The notes: generated by a model from the sequence alone, not told the origin. A stretch of DNA of 63,878 bases, filler included, from Lama guanicoe (GCA_013239625.1; 76 parts of 73 records of this genome joined end to end with filler, not necessarily neighbours in it), one strand, 5' to 3'. Positions 50,797-63,281 are shown, counted from the whole stretch's first letter. Numbers and translations: made by a program.

Positions 50797-51619
50797 TAAA
50801 TTCTGTTTTCCATATTTTATATTCTGTGTTCTACATTCTATATTCATTATTCTATATTCTGTATTCCGTATTCTATACTCAATATTCTGTGTTCTACATT
50901 CTATATTCTAAATTCTATATTCAGTATTCTTTATTCTATATTCTAAATTCTGTGTTCTACATTCTATATTCTAAATTCTATATTCAGTATTCTTTATTCT
51001 ATATTCTAAATTCTGTGTTCTACATTCTATATTCTAAATTCTATATTCAGTATTCTTTATTCTATATTCTAAATTCTGTGTTCTACATTCTATATTCTAA
51101 ATTGTATATTCAGTATTCAGTATTCTATATTCGAAATTCTGAGTTCTGATTTCCATGTTCCAAAATCTGGCTTAAATAATCTCTAAGCTATATTTTTCTT
51201 CTGTTTTTTACATTCTATATTCTAAATTATATTTTCAGTATTATGTATTCTTTATTCTATATTCCGTGTTCTACATTCAATAATTTTTAATTGTTTATTA
51301 AGTATTCTGTATATTATATTCTAAATTCTCTGTTATGCATTTCATGTTGTTAATTCTGGGTTCTATATTGTATATTCTATACTCTATATTCTGTGAACTA
51401 CATTGTATATTCTAAATTCTATATTCAGCATTGTGTATTGTATATTCTAAATTTTGTGTTCTACATTCTATATTCTAAATTCTATATTCAGTGTTATGTA
51501 TTCTATAATCTAAATTATCTGTTCTGCATACATGATCTAACTTTTCTTTATTCTATATTCTGTGTTCTTCTTTCTATATTCTAAATCCTATATTCAGAAT
51601 TCTATATTCTATATTCTAC
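50797..51619 (+). repeat. AT-rich heptamer satellite with a near-perfect 63-bp (9x7) unit at about 50887-51113
   Basis: CTGTGTTCTACATTCTATATTCTAAATTCTATATTCAGTATTCTTTATTCTATATTCTAAATT is repeated about 3.5 times. Confidence 0.96.
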
Positions 51620-53238
51620 NNNNNNNNNNNNNNNNNNNNNNNNNNNNNNNNNNNNNNNNNNNNTTAATTAATTAANNNNNNNNNNNNNNNNNNNNNNNNN
51701 NNNNNNNNNNNNNNNNNNNGCACCTGCAGACCTACAGAAGTTTGGTTGATGATCGTGGAGAGGACTTTGCAGGCCTTAGCATTGTCTTAAGACTTGTTTT
51801 CCCTTGGGGACCGGAATTGCCTTTGCAGATTAATGTTGAAGATTTGGGCTTCTGGCAAAGCTGTTTTCAGAGATGGGTATATATGTAATATATCGTATAA
51901 AATAAAATGTTTNNNNNNNNNNNNNNNNNNNNNNNNNNNNNNNNNNNNNNNNNNNNNNNNNNNNNNNNNNNNNNNNNNNNNNNNNNNNNNNNNNNNNNNN
52001 NNNNNNNNNNNNNNNNNNNNNNNNNNNNNNNNNNNNNNNNNNNNNNNNNNNNNNNNNNNNNNNNNNNNNNNNNNNNNNNNNNNNNNNNNNNNNNNNNNNN
52101 NNNNNNNNNNNNNNNNNNNNNNNNNNNNNNNNNNNNNNNNNNNNNNNNNNNNNNNNNNNNNNNNNNNNNNNNNNNNNNNNNNNNNNNNNNNNNNNNNNNN
52201 NNNNNNNNNNNNNNNNNNNNNNNNNNNNNNNNNNNNNNNNNNNNNNNNNNNNNNNNNNNNNNNNNNNNNNNNNNNNNNNNNNNNNNNNNNNNNNNNNNNN
52301 NNNNNNNNNNNNNNNNNNNNNNNNNNNNNNNNNNNNNNNNNNNNNNNNNNNNNNNNNNNNNNNNNNNNNNNNNNNNNNNNNNNNNNNNNNNNNNNNNNNN
52401 NNNNNNNNNNNNNNNNNNNNNNNNNNNNNNNNNNNNNNNNNNNNNNNNNNNNNNNNNNNNNNNNNNNNNNNNNNNNNNNNNNNNNNNNNNNNNNNNNNNN
52501 NNNNNNNNNNNNNNNNNNNNNNNNNNNNNNNNNNNNNNNNNNNNNNNNNNNNNNNNNNNNNNNNNNNNNNNNNNNNNNNNNNNNNNNNNNNNNNNNNNNN
52601 NNNNNNNNNNNNNNNNTGTCCTCGCTGGGGGATGGCGGCAGCTGCTGATGACTTGGTTTCAGCATCCTTTGTTTACTGACATGGTTGCAGTATTTTCATT
52701 CACATTGTAGTATTTTCATTCACAGTGTTCCCCCTTGTTCCTAAATTCGACCAATATTTTGAGAGACATTTCAAGACCAATTTTTTCCCACAGTGCTATG
52801 ATGGCTCATATCTTAGTTCAGGTGAAGAATCTTCTGAGCTGCCATTCAAGGTGTTAGGTTATTTTTCATGCCCTGTTGATACTGAAAGTTCTCTGGATCT
52901 CCTGTCTTACTAGCCTATTTTAATCCAGGAAATGTTTACCCTTCGTTGTTCATTCCCATAAATAGAATCACACTATTATATTTACTTTATGCAGGGTTAT
53001 AGGTTTTATCTATTTCTTCAAGATGTTTAGCCATCATCAATCTTGTAGGCCTAGTTACACATTGGGAAATGTAAGAGACAACAAATTTTTAAAATAGACA
53101 GTATATAACTAATACAGCTAGTAACGTTAATAAAGTCANNNNNNNNNNNNNNNNNNNNNNNNNNNNNNNNNNNNNNNNNNNNTTAATTAATTAANNNNNN
53201 NNNNNNNNNNNNNNNNNNNNNNNNNNNNNNNNNNNNNN

Positions 53239-54382
53239 TGTGTTCTTCATTCTGTATTCTGTATTCAATATTCTGCATTCCGTATTCCATAATCTATATT
53301 CTGTGATTTACATTCTATATTCTAAATTCTATATTCAGTATTCCGTATTCTATATTCTGTACTTTGAGTTCTACATTCTATATTCTAAATTCTATATTCA
53401 GTAGTCTGTATTCTATATTCCAAATTCTGTGTTCTGCATTACATGTTCTAAATTCTGGCTTCTATATACTCTATTCTCTATTCTGTATTCTGTGCTCTAC
53501 ATTCTATGCTCTAAATTGTATTTTCAGTTTTCTGTATTCTATATTCTTAATTCTGTGTTCTGCATTCCATTTTCTAAATTCTGGTTTGTATATTCTCTAT
53601 TCTATATTCTATACTTTGTGTTCTTCATTCTATATTCTGCATACTATATTCTGCATTCCGTATTCTATATTCTATTTTCTGGGTTCTACATTCTATATTG
53701 TAAAAACTATATTCAGTCTTCCGTATTCTATATTCTAAATTCTCTGTTCTGCACTCCACTTCTAAATTCTGGTTTCTATATTCTCTGTTAATTTCTTTAT
53801 TTTTTGTCCTTCATTCTATATTGTAAGTTCTATATTCTGCATTCCGTGTTTTATATTCTATATTAAGTTTTCTACATTCTATATTCTAAATTCCATATTC
53901 AGTATTATGTATTCTATAATCTAAATACTGGGTTCTGATTCCATTTTTAAATTCTGGTTTCTAAATTCTCTTTTATATATTGCATATTTGTGTTCTTCAT
54001 TCTATATTATGCATTCTATATTCTGCATTCCGTATTCTATATTCTATATTCTGTGTTCTACATTCTATATTCTAAATTCTATATTCAGTATTCTCTATTC
54101 AATATTCTAAATTCTGTGTTCTGCATTCCATGNNNNNNNNNNNNNNNNNNNNNNNNNNNNNNNNNNNNNNNNNNNNNNNNNNNNNNNNNNNNNNNNNNNN
54201 NNNNNNNNNNNNNNNNNNNNNNNNNNNNNNNNNNNNNNNNNNNNNNNNNNNNNNNNNNNNNNNNNNNNNNNNNNNNNNNNNNNNNNNNNNNNNNNTTCTG
54301 CATTCCTGAAATTCTCGGTTCTGAATACTGTTCTCCATATTCTGTATTCTGTGTTCTATATTCTATATTCTGTATTCTATAT
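53239..54382 (+). repeat. AT-rich heptamer satellite (gapped)
   Basis: TTCTATA-type 7-mers. Confidence 0.96.
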
Positions 54383-54482
54383 NNNNNNNNNNNNNNNNNN
54401 NNNNNNNNNNNNNNNNNNNNNNNNNNTTAATTAATTAANNNNNNNNNNNNNNNNNNNNNNNNNNNNNNNNNNNNNNNNNNNN

Positions 54483-55187
54483 TTCTGCATTTTAAAATCC
54501 CAGTCTGTCCCTTCCCAACCCCCATTCCCCTGGCAATCACAAGTTTGTATTCTATATCTCTGAGTATATTTCTATTTTGTATTTATGCTCTTTTTGGGGG
54601 TTTTTTGTGTGGTTTTTTTTTTTTTGGGGGGGGTTTCTTATTTCTTTCCTTTTTTTTTATCTTTAATATTCCACATATAATCAATCTCACACGACATTTT
54701 TCTTTCTCTTTCTGGCTTACTGCACTCAGAATGACATTCTCCATGTTGCTGCAAAAGGCTTTATGTTGTCACTTTTTATGGCTTAGTGGTGGTATTCCAT
54801 TGTATAAATATACCAGCTCTTCTTTTTCCAGTCATCTCTTGACGGACATTTAGGCTGTTTACATGTCTTGGCTATTGTAAATAGTGCTGCTGTGAACAAT
54901 GTGGTGCAGGTGTCTTTTTTAAGTAGGGTTCCTTCTGAGCGGGATTCCTGGGTCATATGGTAAGTCGATTCCTAGTCTTTTCACAAGTCTCCATAGTATT
55001 TTCCACAGTGGCTGCGCCAAACTGCTATCCCACCAGCAGTGTAGGTGGGTCCCCTTTTCTCCATAGCCTCTCCAGCATGTGTCATATGTGCACTTTTGAA
55101 TGATGGTCATTGTGACTGATGTGAGGTGCTACCTCATTGTATTTTTGATTTCCATTTCTCTGAAATTAGTGATATTGAGCATTTTTT
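54483..55187 (-). mobile_element. LINE-1 ORF2 C-terminus and 3' UTR
   Basis: Minus peptide CWRGYGEKGTHLHCWW...QPLWK..WR...LPYDPGIPL, followed by 3' UTR. Confidence 0.92.
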
Positions 55188-55287
55188 NNNNNNNNNNNNN
55201 NNNNNNNNNNNNNNNNNNNNNNNNNNNNNNNTTAATTAATTAANNNNNNNNNNNNNNNNNNNNNNNNNNNNNNNNNNNNNNNNNNNN

Positions 55288-55979
55288 AGGGAATATATCT
55301 CAGCATCTTGAAAGCTATAGATAACAAACCTACAGCAAGAATAGTACTCAATGGTGAGAAAGTCAAATCCGTCCCACTAAAATCTGGANNNNNNNNNNNN
55401 NNNNNNNNNNNNNNNNNNNNNNNNNNNNNNNNNNNNNNNNNNNNNNNNNNNNNNNNNNNNNNNNNNNNNNNNNNNNNNTCTCAGTATATGCAGAGAATAT
55501 CTTACTATATATAGAAAACCCTGCAAGATCCGGACAAAATTTACTACAGCTGATCAAAGAATTAAACAAGGTAGAAGGTTACAAGATTAAGGTTCAAATA
55601 TCAGTGGCATTTCTTTACGCTAACGATTTAGATAATACTATAGAGCTATAGTCAACATGACAGTACTGTATTGGTAGAAAAACATACATATAGGTCAATG
55701 CAATAGAATAGGGAGCCCAGAAAAGAACCCACAATCGTTTGGTCAATTAATCTTCGACAAAGGAGGCAAGAATATACAATGGAATAAAGACAGTCTCTTC
55801 AGCAACTTGTGTTGGGAAAACTGGACAGCAGCATGTAATTCAATGAAGCTAGAAAACTCCCATGAAACTAGAGTACTATACAAAAAAATAAACTCAAAAT
55901 AGATAAAGCACTTAGCATAAGAAAAGATATAATAAACCTCCAGGAGGAAAATATAGGCAAAACGTTATCTGACATAAGT
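55288..55979 (+). mobile_element. LINE-1 ORF2 RT/post-RT fragment with internal deletion
   Basis: KAIDNKPTARIVLNGEK, degenerate YADD region, then a jump at about 55630 to TACTATAGAGCTATAGTC. Confidence 0.88.
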
Positions 55980-56079
55980 NNNNNNNNNNNNNNNNNNNNN
56001 NNNNNNNNNNNNNNNNNNNNNNNTTAATTAATTAANNNNNNNNNNNNNNNNNNNNNNNNNNNNNNNNNNNNNNNNNNNN

Positions 56080-56910
56080 GGAACCTCCCCACGCTCAGGA
56101 TTCCTGAACCATTGTCAGTGCGTGGGGGTTCTCAAGAGACAACTCCACGCAGCCCTCTTCAGTCACAGGTGTTCCCTGTTCGGGGAAGTCCGAGAAATAC
56201 ATTCCCTGACCTTGGGGAGGCAGCCTCTGTCCCTGGGACTTCCTGCAATCACCCCTAGCATTTCCTGGCACAGAGACATTAGGAAAANNNNNNNNNNNNN
56301 NNNNNNNNNNNNNNNNNNNNNNNNNNNNNNNNNNNNNNNNNNNNNNNNNNNNNNNNNNNNNNNNNNNNNNNNNNNNNNNNNNNNNNNNNNNNNNNNNNNN
56401 NNNNNNNNNNNNNNNNNNNNNNNNNNNNNNNNNNNNNNNNNNNNNNNNNNNNNNNNNNNNNNNNNNNNNNNNNNNNNNNNNNNNNNNNNNNNNNNNNNNN
56501 NNNNNNNNNNNNNNNNNNNNNNNNNNNNNNNNNNNNNNNNNNNNNNNNNNNNNNNNNNNNNNNNNNNNNNNNNNNNNNNNNNNNNNNNNNNNNNNNNNNN
56601 NNNNNNNNNNNNNNNNNNNNNNNNNNNNNNNNNNNNNNNNNNNNNNNNNNNNNNNNNNNNNNNNNNNNNNNNNNNNNNNNNNNNNNNNNNNNNNNNNNNN
56701 NNNNTCCGAGAAATAACTTCCCTGACCTTGGGGAGTCAGCCTCTCTCACTGGGACTTCCTGCAAAACCCCTAGCATTCCCTGGCACAGAGATATTAGGAA
56801 AACCCTCAGGGGAGACGAGCTTTGCAATTCCGTTAGAACCCACTCGCTGCCGACCGTTGACCGAACCTCCGCACGCTCAGGATTCCGGAAAAATTGTCTG
56901 TGCGGGGAGA
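56080..56910 (+). repeat. 267-bp satellite (gapped)
   Basis: Reverse complement of the 20903-21682 monomer. Confidence 0.95.
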
Positions 56911-57093
56911 NNNNNNNNNNNNNNNNNNNNNNNNNNNNNNNNNNNNNNNNNNNNTTAATTAATTAANNNNNNNNNNNNNNNNNNNNNNNNNNNNNNNNNN
57001 NNNNNNNNNNCCCAGAGGGGAAGAGGACTCGGGGCTGTCAGGGGCTGGGTGGTGAGGGCGTGCGGGGGCAGTGCGTGCTGTGGATGCAAGTTT

Positions 57094-57645
57094 TTACTTT
57101 GAAGAAAGGAATGGTGTGAGCCTGCAATGCAGTGATGGTCGCACGGCATCGTGAAGGCACCTAGTGCTCCTGAATTGCAGAATTTCAGAGGGACAAAGTC
57201 TATATTTTATTAAAAGACACTTAAAAAGGCAAGATAAAGGATGCCACAGCCGATATGAAAAGAAACAGAGGCAAGTGAAGAAAAACCAAACACAAATCAC
57301 TTCAGGGGAATGGAAGTCAAGGTCGGGTGCGGGAGGGGATTCACGGTGGGATTTTGAAGAAGAAGGTGCGGGTGGGCGCAGAGGGGGCTCAGCCCCAGGG
57401 GCTGCTGATGTCTGCACTGGCTCTCCGTGGCCCAGCGGTCCAGCTGCAGGTGCAGCATCTTTAGGACCTTTGGAAGCAGCAGGAGCTGCGGGACCTTGAG
57501 GAGCAGCAGGAGCTGCGGGACCTTGAGGAATAGCAGGAGCTGCAGGATCCTCAGGAGCAGTAGGAGCTGCTGGAGCGGAAATAGCTGCAGGAGCTGCCGG
57601 ATCTTCAGGAGCAGCGTTAGCTGCTGGAGCTGCAGAAGATGCAGG
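57094..57645 (-). CDS. Candidate terminal exon encoding an Ala/Pro-rich repeat protein (5'-truncated, unidentified)
   Basis: Open frame from the scaffold edge: PASSAAPAANAAPEDPAAPAAISAPAAPTAPEDPAAPAIPQGPAAPAAPQGPAAPAASKGPK...QTSAAPGAEPPLRPP. Has 27-bp repeat units and a minus-strand AATAAA at 57206-57211. Confidence 0.45.
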   Translation of the reverse strand, partial: PASSAAPAANAAPEDPAAPAAISAPAAPTAPEDPAAPAIPQGPAAPAAPQGPAAPAASKGPKDAAPAAGPLGHGEPVQTSAAPGAEPPLRPPAPSSSKSHRESPPAPDLDFHSPEVICVWFFFTCLCFFSYRLWHPLSCLFKCLLIKYRLCPSEILQFRSTRCLHDAVRPSLHCRLTPFLSSK

Positions 57646-58741
57646 AGNNNNNNNNNNNNNNNNNNNNNNNNNNNNNNNNNNNNNNNNNNNNTTAATTAAT
57701 TAANNNNNNNNNNNNNNNNNNNNNNNNNNNNNNNNNNNNNNNNNNNNGAAATTTGTACCATCTGGAAATATATGAGTAACACAGAAAAGGCCAGGTGACA
57801 AAAACACATTAAATTGCTTAATAAATGGATAAAACTTTAAATGCTAAATGCCAAAATGTCAAAATTCCACTTCAAGTTTAGAAATGCTATTTTAAAAGAC
57901 TTTCCAAANNNNNNNNNNNNNNNNNNNNNNNNNNNNNNNNNNNNNNNNNNNNNNNNNNNNNNNNNNNNNNNNNNNNNNNNNNNNNNNNNNNNNNNNNNNN
58001 NNNNNNNNNNNNNNNNNNNNNNNNNNNNNNNNNNNNNNNNNNNNNNNNNNNNNNNNNNNNNNNNNNNNNTGTGTGTGTGTGTGTGTATGCATGTGTTTGG
58101 GGAAGGGCAGGAGGTTTGAAGGTGAAGTAGATAGGGAAAAAAGAGGCTTTGTTTATGGTGTTTTAAACTTAAGAGATAATATAAACACTGATGTAAATTT
58201 ATTTAAACCTGCAATGTTTCATCATTACAAAGAATAGAAATCAAAATGCATTAAGATTAAAGAAACCTAGATGCTAAAAACAGATAGATGTTTTGCATAA
58301 ATGAACTGCATCTAAAAACTGTTACTCTCAGTAATGTGTATTAAGAATCACAATTTCAATTTATTTGTCAATTATTCCTGAGTTAAATGAAAAATAAAAT
58401 TAAAAAGTCACAATACACTCTGTTATATCTTTCAGAACAGAATGGGTCTTTAAACAGAACAACATTCAAGCAATGAATTTGGGGAAGTACACAAGGCAGA
58501 AGTCAGAAAGCTAGGTAGGAAAGTACTGTAGTTGACCAGGAGAGAGTATAAAGGGTTATAAAAGCTGTATTTATCAAGAATTATTAAGGAGTTAGAATTG
58601 ATGGGCTTATGTACTATTTAAAAGTAGGACATGAAGTTGACNNNNNNNNNNNNNNNNNNNNNNNNNNNNNNNNNNNNNNNNNNNNTTAATTAATTAANNN
58701 NNNNNNNNNNNNNNNNNNNNNNNNNNNNNNNNNNNNNNNNN

Positions 58742-59452
58742 TGAAGTACGGCTTTCACACACGCTTAACTCTCAAAACTGAGCATGTGGAAAGTCGTTCT
58801 TTCATCTAGCACAAAGGGAACTGGTTGCAGGAGAAACACTTACTCTGGATTCTCTGTCTTTTTCCTAGTGCCAGTTTGAAGTTCCTGCAGTTTTCATTCT
58901 AAAACCGAGTTGGAGCTTGTACCTCCCCATATATATGTATGGAGTGGTCTCTGAGAGTGAAGAGAAACTTTGTGTTCCCAACAAGCTAGGTGAAGTACGG
59001 CTTTCACACACGCTTAAATCTCAAAACTTAGCATGCAGAGAGACGTTCGTTCATCTACCACAAAGGAAACACGTTGCAGGAAAAACACTTACTCTGGATT
59101 CTCTGTCTTTTTCCTAGTGCCAGTTTGAAGTTCCTGCAGTTTTCATTCTAAAACCGAGTTGGAGCTTGTATCTCCCCATATATATGTATGGAGTGGTCTC
59201 TGAGAGTGAAGAGAAACTTTGTGTTCCCAACAAGCTAGGTGAAGGACGGCTTTCACACACGCTTAACTATCTAAACTGAGCATGTTTAGAGACGTTCGTT
59301 CATCTAGCAAAAAGGGAACAGGTTGCAGGAGAAACACTTACTCTGGATACTTAGTCTCTTTCCTAATGCCAGTAAGTTTGAAGTTCCTGCAGTTTTCACT
59401 GTTAATCCGACTTGGAGCTTGTACCTCCACATATATATGTATGGAGTGGATT
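58742..59452 (+). repeat. 249-bp satellite array
   Basis: TGAAG.ACGGCTTTCACACACGC at 58742, 58991 and 59240 (period 249). Confidence 0.97.
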
Positions 59453-59552
59453 NNNNNNNNNNNNNNNNNNNNNNNNNNNNNNNNNNNNNNNNNNNNTTAA
59501 TTAATTAANNNNNNNNNNNNNNNNNNNNNNNNNNNNNNNNNNNNNNNNNNNN

Positions 59553-59789
59553 AATCCTGAGCGTGGGGAGGTTCCACCAACGGTCGGCAGCGCATTTGTT
59601 CAAATGTAATGCCTAATCTCGTCTCCCCTGAGGGTTTTCCTAATGTCTCTGTGCCAAGGAATGCTAGGGGGGTTTGCAGGAAATCCCAGAGGCAGAGGCT
59701 GCCTCCCCAATGTCAGGGAAATTATTTCTCGGACTTCCCAGAGCAGGGAACACTTTTGACTGAAGAGAGCTGCGTGGAGTTGTCTCTCG
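59553..59789 (-). repeat. 267-bp satellite partial monomer
   Basis: Near-identical to 21447-21682. Confidence 0.93.
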
Positions 59790-59889
59790 NNNNNNNNNNN
59801 NNNNNNNNNNNNNNNNNNNNNNNNNNNNNNNNNTTAATTAATTAANNNNNNNNNNNNNNNNNNNNNNNNNNNNNNNNNNNNNNNNNNNN

Positions 59890-60433
59890 TTCTAAATTCA
59901 ATATTAAGTATTCTGTATTTTATATTCCAAATTCTGTTTTCTGCATTCCATATTCTTCATTCTGGGTTCTATAATCTGTTTTCCATATTCTAAATTCTGT
60001 GTTCTGCATTCCATGTTCAAAATTCTGCGTTCTATATTTTAAATTCTATATTTTGTGCTCATTATTCTATATTCTATATACTATATTCTGCATTCCATAG
60101 TCTATATTCTATATTCTGTGTTCTTCATTCTATATTCTTAATACTATATTCAGTATTCTGTATTATATATTCCAAATTCTGTGTTCTGCATTCCATGTTC
60201 TAAATTCTGGTTTCTATATCCTGTATTCCATATTCTATATTGTGTGTTCTACATTCTATATTCTAAATTCTATATTCAGTATTCTATACTCTATATTCTA
60301 TATTCTTTGTTCTGCATCTATATTCTCTGCATTGCATGTTCTAAATTCTGGGTCCTATATTCTATACTCTATATTATATATTCCGTGTTCTATATTGTAT
60401 ATTCTAAATTCTATATTCAGTATTCCGTATTCT
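59890..60433 (+). repeat. AT-rich heptamer satellite
   Basis: TTCTATA-type 7-mers. Confidence 0.95.
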
Positions 60434-60599
60434 NNNNNNNNNNNNNNNNNNNNNNNNNNNNNNNNNNNNNNNNNNNNTTAATTAATTAANNNNNNNNNNN
60501 NNNNNNNNNNNNNNNNNNNNNNNNNNNNNNNNNTGTGTGTGTGTGTGTGTGTATGCATATACATCACATTTATATATATATAATTTACATATATATATA

Positions 60600-60960
60600 A
60601 TGTACTCAGCCATTAAAAAATGAAATTCTGCCATTTGCAGCAACATGGATGAACTAAGAGAATATTATGCTTAGTAAAATGAGTCAAACAGAAAGAGAAA
60701 TACTGTATGATATCACTTATATGCAAAATCTAAAAATAATACAAAAGAATGTATATACAAAACAAAACAGACTCACACATAAAGAAAAACTAGGGGTTAC
60801 CAAAGGGGAGAGAGAAGGGAGAAGGGGCTAATTAAGGGTGTGGGACTAAGACATACCTTTGTCTCATTAAGGTATGAAATTATTACCTTATTAATAACCA
60901 CCTCATACAATATGTTCTTGTTGCTTATCTATTTTATATATAGTAGCTTGTAGTTACTAG
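60600..60960 (+). mobile_element. LINE-1 3' end with its distal 3' UTR piece inverted
   Basis: Sense ACTCAGCCATTAAAAAATGAAATTCTGCCATTTGCAGCAACATGGATG...; 60905-60960 is antisense (CTTGTTGCTTATCTATTTTATATATAGTAG). Confidence 0.8.
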
Positions 60961-61633
60961 CTAAGGGCAGGGATAGCCCACAGGAAAGTCCTTGCAAGGG
61001 CGTGAATTTTGGTAACTGGGTATTTCCTGGGNNNNNNNNNNNNNNNNNNNNNNNNTCCATAGCCAAATTCACAAATCCGTGTTATAAAGAAGTAGCAGTA
61101 TTATCTAGTGGTTAAATGCTATGATCTAGGAGATCCTGGAAGACTGACTAGAATACTCCCTTCTGCTGTTCTCCCTTCCTAATGACAACAACAACAACAA
61201 CAAGCTACAAACCCCCTTATGAACCCAGACAAGCTGGGGCACTGGAGGCAGACTGGGTCCAGAAGTGGAAACCAGCTTCCAGCTGTGCCAGGATCTGAAG
61301 GGTTATAACATGACACACAGAAATCTGAAACAAAGACTTCGAGTCAGTCATCTGAACTCTAACTCCTGGAGAGTTTAGGTCATGTAAAACAACATCCCCT
61401 GAGATGATATGTGGTATTTAGTGTTTGGAAATAACAAATTATAATCTGATGAATTACTTCTCGATGGAGGCCAAGATCACTGAGTCTCCTCTCAGCACTC
61501 ATGGGATTTTCTCTCCAGCCATTGGCTCTGAAANNNNNNNNNNNNNNNNNNNNNNNNNNNNNNNNNNNNNNNNNNNNTTAATTAATTAANNNNNNNNNNN
61601 NNNNNNNNNNNNNNNNNNNNNNNNNNNNNNNNN

Positions 61634-61972
61634 GGTTCTCCAAGATATTAGTCCGCCATTATCTTGGTTTGCAGCTGTTTACATAGAGCAGGTCATAGTG
61701 CCTCTGTAAATCCTCTAACAAAACAAAAGTAGTTTTCTATTCTACAACCTGTTGTCTTTATATAAGTGCAAAAGTGTTAATATCCTTAAAGATCAGAGCC
61801 TTGACAGTAGGCTCTCCTGTATATTTAAGGCTAAAGGCAACATTGTTTTACAAAAGGTGCAGAGCTAGTAAAACTAAGCCTAGAAAAGAGGGCAAAGGGT
61901 TAAAGCCAAAGGGACAGATTTTCTATGGAAACAGATTTTCTATGGAGTCAGATTTTTTTCTTTTCTATTATA
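61634..61972 (-). mobile_element. ERV1-class LTR U3 end
   Basis: Ends ...ATGGAGTCAGATTTTTTTCTTTTCTATTATA, i.e. a minus-strand LTR start T(A/G)TAATAG...TCTGACTCCAT typical of MER4/MER41-like LTRs. Confidence 0.65.
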
Positions 61973-61994
61973 CTATATTCTATTTTTGTTTTAA

Positions 61995-62260
61995 GTATAT
62001 AAGAATAAAGTTTAGCCTTTTCCCATTTTAAATGGTGCAATTTTAAGGAGGATTAATTGCATTCACAGTGCTGTGAGACCAACACCACTGGCTTCAGACT
62101 ATTTCCTTCGTCAAAGTAAAATCTTGTAAACAAAGTGCACCCCACGTCCTACCTCCCCCAGCCCATGACAAGCCCTAATCCCCTTTCTCTCTCTATGTCT
62201 TTACCTATCCTGGAGGTTCCCTATCAATGAAATCATATAAAAGTTGGCTTTTTTTTTGTT
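61995..62260 (-). mobile_element. Old L1MA/MB 3' UTR fragment
   Basis: CCTCCCCCAGCCCATGACAAGCCCTAATC...TCTCTATG..TTTACCTATCCTGGA...ATGAAATCATATAA. Confidence 0.7.
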
Positions 62261-62459
62261 TGTCTGCCCACATATCTTAAGTAGGGATGGGTGAAATTTT
62301 AGCTTGTTTGTATTCACGTGAATTAGCATTTTTGTATTTTGAGAGGAAAATCCAGATTGNNNNNNNNNNNNNNNNNNNNNNNNNNNNNNNNNNNNNNNNN
62401 NNNTTAATTAATTAANNNNNNNNNNNNNNNNNNNNNNNNNNNNNNNNNNNNNNNNNNNN

Positions 62460-63281
62460 GTGTTCTGCATTCCATGCTCTAAATTCTGTGTTCTATATTC
62501 TCTATTCTGTACTCTAAATTTTGTGTTTTTAATTCTATATTCTACAATCTATATTCTGCATTAGGTATTCTATATTCTATATTCTGTGTTATACATTCTA
62601 TATTATAAATTCTACATTCAGTATTCTGTATTCTATTTTCTATATTCTTTGTTCTGCATTCCATGTTCTAAATTCTGGGTTGTGTATTCTGCTTTCCATT
62701 TTCTATATTCTGTGTTCTATATTCTANNNNNNNNNNNNNNNNNNNNNNNNNNNNNNNNNNNNNNNNNNNNNNNNNNNNNNNNNNNNNNNNNNNNNNNNNN
62801 NNNNNNNNNNNNNNNNNNNNNNNNNNNNNNNNNNNNNNNNNNNNNNNNNNNNNNNNNNNNNNNNNNNNNNNNNNNNNNNNNNNNNNNNNNNNNNNNNNNN
62901 NNNNNNNNNNNNNNNATATTCTACATTCTATATTCTGCATTCCGTCTTCTATATTCTTTATACTGTGTTCTACATTCTATATTCTAAAGTCTATATTCAG
63001 TATTCTGTATTCTATATTCTTAATTCTGTGTTCTGCATTTCATGTTCAAAATTCTGGGTTCAATATTCTTTATTCTATATTCTATATTCTGTGTTCTACA
63101 TTCTATATTCTAAATTAATATTCAGCTTTCTATATTCTATGTTCTAAATTCTGTGTTCGGCATTCCATGTTCAAAATTCTATATTCAATATTCTCTATTC
63201 TATATTCAAAAATATGTGTTCCGCATTCTATATTCTAAATTCTATATTCAGTATTCTGTGTTCTATAAAGGAAATTCTGTG
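62460..63281 (+). repeat. AT-rich heptamer satellite (gapped)
   Basis: TTCTATA-type 7-mers. Confidence 0.96.

Noticed and set aside
50826..51149. Hydrophobic YILYS/FCI ORFs in all heptamer-satellite scaffolds
   Set aside because: Translations of the stop-poor strand of a satellite; no sign of coding.
56178..56194. CENP-B-box-like GTTCGGGGAAGTCCGAG in the 267-bp satellite
   Set aside because: Only 7 of 9 core positions match (CCGA instead of CGGG), and the TTCG part varies between monomers.
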